Both the position numbers and the translations under genes were made by a program. Below are positions 38,195 through 45,700 of a stretch of DNA of 45,700 nucleotides, in pieces. The notes beneath the pieces were generated by a model that was given only the letters and a program-made list of their open reading frames with translations, was not told the DNA's origin and ran no database searches. This DNA is from Octopus bimaculoides (taxonomy: Eukaryota), in contig NC_068983.1 in NCBI RefSeq assembly GCF_001194135.2, forward strand, positions 162,224,140 to 162,269,839. Reading direction: 5' to 3'. Positions within the stretch are counted from its first letter, which is position 1. Every line of letters starts with the position of its first letter.

Positions 38195-38797
38195 CTAATT
38201 AACCAACAAGTTAGAAATCGTAGACTCAATTCATTTCATTATTCTTGGTATCACTACATTTGTAACTCATATTTTCAAATCCAAATTGAACCCATGGGGA
38301 TCATTGAACAAACAACAAACTTAAAATAGTTTTCCCTCAATTACCTTGTCTATTTTATTGTAATATATATTTTATTTGGCTTACCTGGCCGAAACTTCGA
38401 AGTGACTGTCAATAATATTCTTGTTTCAGAACAATATATATACACATACATATATATATATAATCTTTTATCTTTTACTTGTTTCAGTCATTGGACGGCG
38501 GTCATGTTGGGGCNNNNNNNNNNNNNNNNNNNNNNNNNNNNNNNNNNNNNNNNNNNNNNNNNNNNNNNNNNNNNNNNNNNNNNNNNNNNNNNNNNNNNNN
38601 NNNNNNNNNNNNNNNNNNNNNNNNNNNNNNNNNNNNNNNNNNNNNNNNNNNNNNNNNNNNNNNNNNNNNNNNNNNNNNNNNNNNNNNNNNNNNNNNNNNN
38701 NNNNNNNNNNNNNNNNNNNNNNNNNNNNNNNNNNNNNNNNNNNNNNNNNNNNNNNNNNNNNNNNNNNNNNNNNCATGCTCCATAATAATAATAATAA

Positions 38798-39008
38798 TTT
38801 CGGCACAAGGCCAGCCATTCTGGGGGAAGTGTAAGTCGATTACACTGATCCTCCAGTGCTCGACTGGTTCTTATTTTAATCGATTACGAAAGGATGAAAG
38901 GCAAAGTCGACCTCGGCGGAATTTGAACTCAGAACGAAAAGCCGAATGAAATGCCGTCGAGCATCTTTTTTTTTTCCCCCGGCATGCTAACGACTCGGCC
39001 AGCTCGGT
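38798..39008 (-). mobile_element. SINE family A
   Basis: Matches the other copies; preceded by (AAT)n. Confidence 0.87.
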
Positions 39009-40873
39009 GCATGACCTTTAACCCACCCTGTATATACACATATATGCACACACACACGTGTGCGCGCGCGCGTGTGTATCTAGAGTTGATTGTATCGTCT
39101 GGTTTGTTCCCTTATCGGCCAATTATCTGATGAATAGTAATGTGATTGTTGGGTGTATAATAGACAGTGTTTCTGATTTCGTACGTCGGCTGCGATAACG
39201 TTTGTTCAAAGAGTTATATCCACAGACCGTAACAGAATAACGATGACAATAACCACAACCACAACAACAACAACGGTTTAACTACAATAACAAGAATATC
39301 GACGATAATGATAATGATTATCATCATCATCATCATCATCATCATTATTATTATTATTGTTATTATTATTATAGAGAGCCGATCCTTGAGTCTAATTAAA
39401 ACAAAAGTGATAATTCAATGAAATCTTATGGACAAACCAGGCTTCGTTGATTCGATCAATCGATTCTACTTCCTCCCCGCCCTTCACAACATTTGACCTG
39501 GAAACAGATTTGAGAACCAGAATCACTTGTGTTGGTCTATTGCCGTCTTTATTTTACTCAAAATTAATATAGATATCGATTAGTTTGTAGTTACCAAACA
39601 ACAACAATAAATTCGATTGCCTTTGTCTCATTCTTACCCTTCGATATTCACCGTTTCTCGAGCTGATTAGTTTCGCGATACCGATAGATAGGTCGATGGT
39701 TCGTATTCTGTCGCCTGCACTGCGATGCGTTTGTAACCGAGTTGTTCTAACTCTCGACAGTCCTCAAAGCAGGAAATAAAAACCGTTTAATGGCGGGATT
39801 CCTTGTTGTAAGCAGTGGGAGCACTATATGATTTGATGAATGTTTCCTTCCTTGGCAATGCTGCGTGAAACACCTTACGAGGCTATGTGTGTGTTTCTGT
39901 GTGTATATTCGTGGTGTGTGTATGGGTGTGTGTGTGTGTGTGTGTGTGCGTGTGTGCGCGCGCGCGCGCGTGAAAATACATATGCGTACGTACGTATGTG
40001 TGTAAATATACGTTTGTGTGTATATATTTGTGTGCTACACTATACTGCAGACTATATATCTATAGATCTTAGTCAACAATGAGTGTAGCAGACACATGTA
40101 AAGATGTTGGGCAGAAAAGAAAGAATAGCTGGACTAGTTTCATTCCTGGGTTGAGTTGTCTGTGATGTAGTAACTTTGTCTTTGAATTTCACAGAGACAC
40201 ACTTCATAAACTTTATAAACCCACAATTACAGCCGACTTAAATAAAACAGAGAGGCCATTTTGGGCAGCTGGTGAGATTAATAAACAACAGGCGCGTTAA
40301 TAATGTTTTGTATGCGTAACCATGCTACACAGTTTATCTGGTGATGCTTAATCCACAGAAGTAAAGTGTGTGTGTGTGTGTCGTTGTTCTGTGCATCAAA
40401 GCTGTGTGGGAGACCCGTTTTACGGCTGATGGTCACTGCCGTACGAACGATGGTGACACATATACAACCCAGGGAAGTTTTCACCTGTGAAACGGTTTTA
40501 AAAAATCTCTAACTACCACCTCACCGATAGAGCAGGACATTTATGTCTACTAATTTCATTCAAAAGCACCAACAAATATTTAGTAAATGATTAGTGTTGG
40601 TTATTCATTAAATAGCCGTAAACTGATGATTGCTGTGTTGATAAGTTCACAGATGTGTGACTAATACCGCCATCAGAGTTCGCTTGTTGTGAATCATTGT
40701 TGATTGACGACCGGAAAATATAAACCACGTAGTTGCTTCCACTCACAACACGGATATCGAGCAGCCAGAAATAGTTTCGTGTAAGAAATCTTGTTGGTAA
40801 AAAGTTAGTGGTCAATCGATGTAGGTAGGGGCAGTAGCTTCTATTTTAGTCGGTCGACACGTGTTGTTATTAT

Positions 40874-41369
40874 AGTGAGAGAGTATGCCATCAAAGTGAC
40901 GTTGGGGTACAAATATACGAAGCCCAATATACCCGTCATGACTACCCGTCTGATAAGGGTACACCAGGCACATACATCACAACCATTGTGCGCGACATAG
41001 TGATCTCATATCGAGTTAGATAGTGCATGACCTTGCAGGTGGGACCTAGTTAGAATCTTCTTCGGGTTGAGTAGCCCAGCCCGCTCAAAAGGTCCCCTGA
41101 ATGGGGGTTCTTTAAGGATGATGAACAAACACATGTTTCCAGAAGTGAATTATTCAAACCCCAAATAATTCCTCTCAACACATGGCTATAATGCTCCCCC
41201 ACTACTTCTGCTCGTGATCAGAGATGCACATGTCCTCAGCCATCAATCGACATGTTCAAATAGACAAGCAAATTTGTGGTATTGAGCAGAATATTTGCTG
41301 TAGCCCATCTTTTATACCAAGACAAAACATGTAAATGATAACACTTCCAATCAGTTATGATCAAAAGAC
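40874..41369 (-). mobile_element. ~520-bp non-coding repeat (family C)
   Basis: Colinear with 4279-4800; abuts the (TTA)n tail of the Dong-like element. Confidence 0.87.
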
Positions 41370-41420
<51 letters not shown>

Positions 41421-41421
<1 letters not shown>

Positions 41422-42850
41422 GTTCAGTAGTTTTATTTTTATAACGTGCTTTCACTTCACTACCAAGCGCAGCTCTGTGTGCCTTGGGTATGTGCTGTGG
41501 TTTGCCGTAATGCTCTTATGGTTACTGTATTGAAAGTGTTTTGCGTAGGATGTGTGCAGTGCCCAGTAGTGCAATTTTCTGTATGTTATATATATTTGTA
41601 AGTCCTGGTGTTTTTGTTATGTATTTGTCTGAATATTTTTTTATTATACCTAAGGCACCTACTATGATAGGAATTGTTTCTGTTTTTAGATTCCACATTC
41701 GAGTTACCTCTATTTCCAGGTCTTTGTATTTTGAAAGTTTCTCCATTTCTTTTAGGGAAACGTTGTCATCTGCTGGTATTGATACATCAATTAGAAAGCA
41801 TTTTTTTCCTTCATGATCTTTGACAACTATATCTGGCCTATTGGCCTTAATTTTTCTCATTGATCTTCAATCCCATCCTTTCTGCAACAGTCCTACTTGC
41901 AGCCTTGATGAGTTTGTTTGTGAGATCTTCTTTGTTTCAATGTGTTTCTATACATCATTAACTTTATTTGTTTCTTAATTTAGTCTCAATTGATGAGCCT
42001 TTTGAAGTCACTCATAAATTCTGCCTCTTGTCTAATCTTCATCATTTAATTGTTCTCTGATCTCGATTCTTTCACCACACACACCACTTTCGTTTCTCAT
42101 ATGCTCAGCATACACAGATATCCTTCTTTCGATTGCTTTTAACTCCAATTCTGATAACCACTTATTCTTTCATATTGCTCTTGCTTGGTCACATAATCTC
42201 TGTTCTGTGATTTCAAACAGTTTCATATCCTTCCATTCTCTGTGCATTCGCCGTCTTTATCCTCTGAGTGGTACGACATTTGCATCAAGTGGGACGCTCA
42301 AATAGGAATATTCCATAACTATCATGTTTACTTGTTTCCTCCACTTTTGTCTCGCAGCATGGTTAACAGTGGCTGGATTACGACACGGCCACTCTGTGGC
42401 ACCTACCGTGTGCGGCACCTTTACCATTGGTTCTAGTCCCGTTCACACTGTTATCATTAACTGTTTCGTTTGATATTTTCACTCATAAATGAGGTGCGTT
42501 TTTAGGTTACCACAAACCAGTATTTTTTATCGAGACACCATCTCTATCAAAGTTAACCACCAAAGCGGAAAACGACTTCCCCTGTTTTTGAAATCATAGT
42601 GGTCCTTCTTCTAGGCTGATTGCTATCCAAGGCTAACGAAATCAGCCTACCCGGAGCACTGGTCATTTGAAGGCGACAGACACTCGCTTTTTCACTCCCG
42701 TCTCCAGTTACTTCCAAATGGTTTCGCTACGCGAATTCCAGTAACTGGACTTGACTGTCAGAGGTTGTATTTTGAGCAGACCATTGGAGCATTTTATCAG
42801 CAAAGCTTGCTCAATTCCCTTCGGCACCCTGACATTGACAGTTTTCTCAT
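41421..42850 (-). mobile_element. R4/Dong-like element with 5' leader and N-terminal ORF joined directly to the RLE C-terminus (RT missing)
   Basis: 41522-41860 is an intact frame IKANRPDIVVKD..FLIDVSIPADDNVSLKEMEKLSKYKDL..LGTAHILRKTLSIQ*. Upstream: [57 protein letters not shown] and TNKLIKAASRTVAERMGLK. (AAT)n at both ends. Confidence 0.82.
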
Positions 42851-43084
42851 TATTATTAATAATACTGTTGTTGTTGTTGTTGCCGTTAGGGCTGCAAGCT
42901 GGCAGAATCGTTAGCATCTCCCCACGAGAGAAGATGAGTACATGTGTATGTGTGTGTGGCTGTGGGTTTGTGTGGATGTGTGTGTGCGTGTATTTGTGAG
43001 TGTGTGGATGTGTGTATTTATTTGTATATGAAAATAGTTATAGGTTCATATGTATGTATATGTGTGTGTGTAGATCGCTGACCA

Positions 43085-43247
43085 CTACATTTATATTTGT
43101 TTTCTCCTTGTTTCTTTCTGTGTTCCTTTCAGTTGAAGAGCGTAGCTCGAAACGTCAAAGACTTTCTCTATTCCCGAGCGTTAAACTAATACATCCATTT
43201 GTTGTTTACACCACCTGTCTTCGTCTGTTGTTTTTTTCGTAAATTCT
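43085..43247 (+). mobile_element. PLE-LTR-like repeat with degenerate hammerhead (43126-43160)
   Basis: CTTT-CAGTTGA-A-GAGC-gta-GCTC-GAA-ACGT-C-AAAG in T-rich sequence next to (TG)n. Confidence 0.55.
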
Positions 43248-44178
43248 NNNNNNNNNNNNNNNNNNNNNNNNNNNNNNNNNNNNNNNNNNNNNNNNNNNNN
43301 NNNNNNNNNNNNNNNNNNNNNNNNNNNNNNNNNNNNNNNNNNNNNNNNNNNNNNNNNNNNNNNNNNNNNNNNNNNNNNNNNNNNNNNNNNNNNNNNNNNN
43401 NNNTATATATATACATGGGAAAGGCGACAGCACTATGGAGGTTGAGAGGTGGATAAAGTGAAAGAGTAAGTACAGTAGGCAGTCTCGAATGTCACTCGAC
43501 TTGAAAGGGATGAAAGAATGACATAATAAAAGGAGTGGCACGGATAGCAATAAAATGATTAATATATGAAGCAAGCAAAATATCAACATTCACACCTAGG
43601 CGAGTATTAATATTAATTAATTTACTGCCGTTTATTGTGGCAATATTATCCGCTAAATTTGGAGTGGTAGAATAGTAAAGTTTGACCGTGTGCCTATTAA
43701 ATAACTTATTGTATTTATTAGAAGGCAAATGCACGAGAAAATATAAAGAAAATATCTGTGGACACATGCAAACCAAAGAGAAGTCATACGACAGAAATTT
43801 CCGCTTTCGTAAGCGATTCTCTCACTTACCGCTGTTCCAGTTGTGGCGGGTCATACTATCTGATTCTAATTTAGTGTTTTCGTCCTAATGATTTAAGGGG
43901 AGTCGGTTACGGTTATTTCCCACTATAGCGATACAGCATTAAAAATTACAGTTCCACTAACAGTATCTGGTCGTTCCGATACGCCGCCACAATTCAAATA
44001 ATGGTTGTAGTTGGAGATTCTGGGATCAATTTGATGGTATTGCCAACGCAAATGTTAATCCTACTAGCATTATTAGGAACTATGGTTCCACCGTGGATTT
44101 ACTACAGTTAGTTTCTGGTGTCGATACGTCACCGATCTTATTCGCAAAGTTGTTGTTGTTGTTGTTGTAATTATTATT

Positions 44179-44560
44179 GAGTGAGAGAGCAGTGCATGCC
44201 ATCAAAGTGACACTGGGGTAAAATATACGAAACCCAATATATACCCATTATGACTACCTGTCTGATAAGGGTACACCAGGCATATGCATCTCAACCATAT
44301 GTGCGCGACATAGTGATCTCATATCAAGATAAACAGTGCATGATCTTGCAGGTGGGGCCCAGTTAGAATTCTTTCAGGTCAAGTAGCCCATCCCGTTCAA
44401 AAGGTGAATCTTCCGAACTCCAAAAAATTCCCCCACTACTTCTGCTCGTGATCAGAGATGCACATATCGTCAGCCACTAAGGGACATGCTCAATTGGTTA
44501 AGGTCAAACAACTGACAAGCAAATCTGTGGTATTGAGCAGGATATTTGCTGCAGCTCATT
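44179..44560 (-). mobile_element. family C repeat, internally deleted and truncated
   Basis: gagtgagagagcagtgcatgccatcaaagtg..; deletion near 44405-44430; (TTA)n on both sides. Confidence 0.85.
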
Positions 44561-45184
44561 TTATTATTATTANNNNNNNNNNNNNNNNNNNNNNNNNNNN
44601 NNNNNNNNNNNNNNNNNNNNNNNNNNNNNNNNNNNNNNNNNNNNNNNNNNNNNNNNNNNNNNNNNNNNNNNNNNNNNNNNNNNNNNNNNNNNNNNNNNNN
44701 NNNNNNNNNNNNNNNNNNNNNNNNNNNNNNNNNNNNNNNNNNNNNNNNNNNNNNNNNNNNNNNNNNNNNNNNNNNNNNNNNNNNNNNNNNNNNNNNNNNN
44801 NNNNNNNNNNNNNNNNNNNNNNNNNNNNNNNNNNNNNNNNNNNNNNNNNNNNNNNNNNNNNNNNNNNNNNNNNNNNNNNNNNNNNNNNNNNNNNNNNNNN
44901 NNNNNNNNNNNNNNNNNNNNNNNNNNNNNNNNNNNNNNNNNNNNNNNNNNNNNNNNNNNNNNNNNNNNNNNNNNNNNNNNNNNNNNNNNNNNNNNNNNNN
45001 NNNNNNNNNNNNNNNGAGAGAGAGAGGGAGAGAGAGAGAGAGAGAGAGAGAGGTATTGGTATCCAGAAGACCCAAGATGGTAGGTAAGGTTATGTAAGTG
45101 CTATAGAAGGACCGTAGCTAAACTCTCGGTTCGATAATAATACGATTGAGGCGTCCTTGGATAATGGAACTGCAACTATAAGAT

Positions 45185-45430
45185 CTTTATACATTTTTAT
45201 TTTTATTTCTACATTCATTCTTCTATTTCCCTATATATTCCTTATCTGCTTCCTTTTCCAAAATAACTCCTCATATTGAACTCTACTATTTCCCTCTATG
45301 TAACCATCTCACATTGTCTCTGATGAAGGGATATCCTTAATATCCCAGAAACAGCTATAAGACTAACTTTCTCTTTATAAATGTCCTGAAAATTTTGCAC
45401 ACTCTAGGCTTTGTTGTCTCGTTTTGTTTA
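45185..45430 (+). mobile_element. PLE-LTR-like T-rich repeat carrying a hammerhead motif
   Basis: Pyrimidine-rich block centred on the motif at 45316-45363; boundaries approximate. Confidence 0.55.
45316..45363 (+). ncRNA. minimal type-I hammerhead ribozyme motif
   Basis: GTCT-CTGATGA-A-GGGATAT-cctta-ATATCCC-A-GAA-ACAGCTAT-A-AGAC; 4-bp helix I, 7-bp helix II, near-palindromic helix III. Confidence 0.75.
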
Positions 45431-45505
45431 ACACGCGCGCGAGCATACACACACATATCTTTTCAAGTATCTGATTCTATCTGAATCCTTATTTTACTAT
45501 ATATA

Positions 45506-45536
<31 letters not shown>

Positions 45537-45700
45537 AGATATAGATATATATATAGGTTATGAGCGATAGTGGTGTCAATTAGACCCAGAGGTTTCAGGT
45601 AATGCTGAGTAAGTGCTATGGATAGAGCATAGTTAAGCTCCAGGTTCGGTGATTATGCGAATAAGGGGTCCAACGTAGATTATATATCAGCGTGTGAATA

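Noticed and set aside
40415-40460. CTGATGG followed by a GTCAC/GTGAC stem
   Set aside because: No GAAA after the stem; not a hammerhead.
43540-43720. TAAT/TTTAT-rich unique segment suggestive of an enhancer
   Set aside because: These motifs are expected by chance in AT-rich DNA; needs cross-species conservation data.

Overview
AT-rich, microsatellite-dense eukaryotic DNA with many N-gaps. The repeat families look like those I associate with octopus genomes; the species call is an inference. No complete host gene is supported, and the only non-transposon coding candidate is an acidic, Ser-rich exon-like ORF at 25024-25512 that starts with a myristoylation-type N-terminus (MGSVISK). Most listed ORFs are artefacts of microsatellites or N-runs. 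The unique sequence is mostly retroelement debris: five pieces of R4/Dong-like restriction-endonuclease (RLE) non-LTR elements bounded by trinucleotide microsatellites, two abundant tRNA-derived SINE families, a ~520-bp non-coding repeat in (TAA)n tracts, Penelope-like (PLE) RT and GIY-YIG remnants, RTE, CR1-like and L1/Tx1-like fragments, and a mariner 5' end. The most striking unannotated signal is about ten minimal type-I hammerhead-ribozyme-like motifs, or halves of them, from different short PLE-LTR-like repeats. Most carry a different palindromic helix III, and several occur as head-to-head inverted pairs. A second signal is a 1.43-kb Dong-like element that keeps a highly structured 5' leader and its 3' end but lacks the whole RT region. 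All alignments and folds were done by eye.
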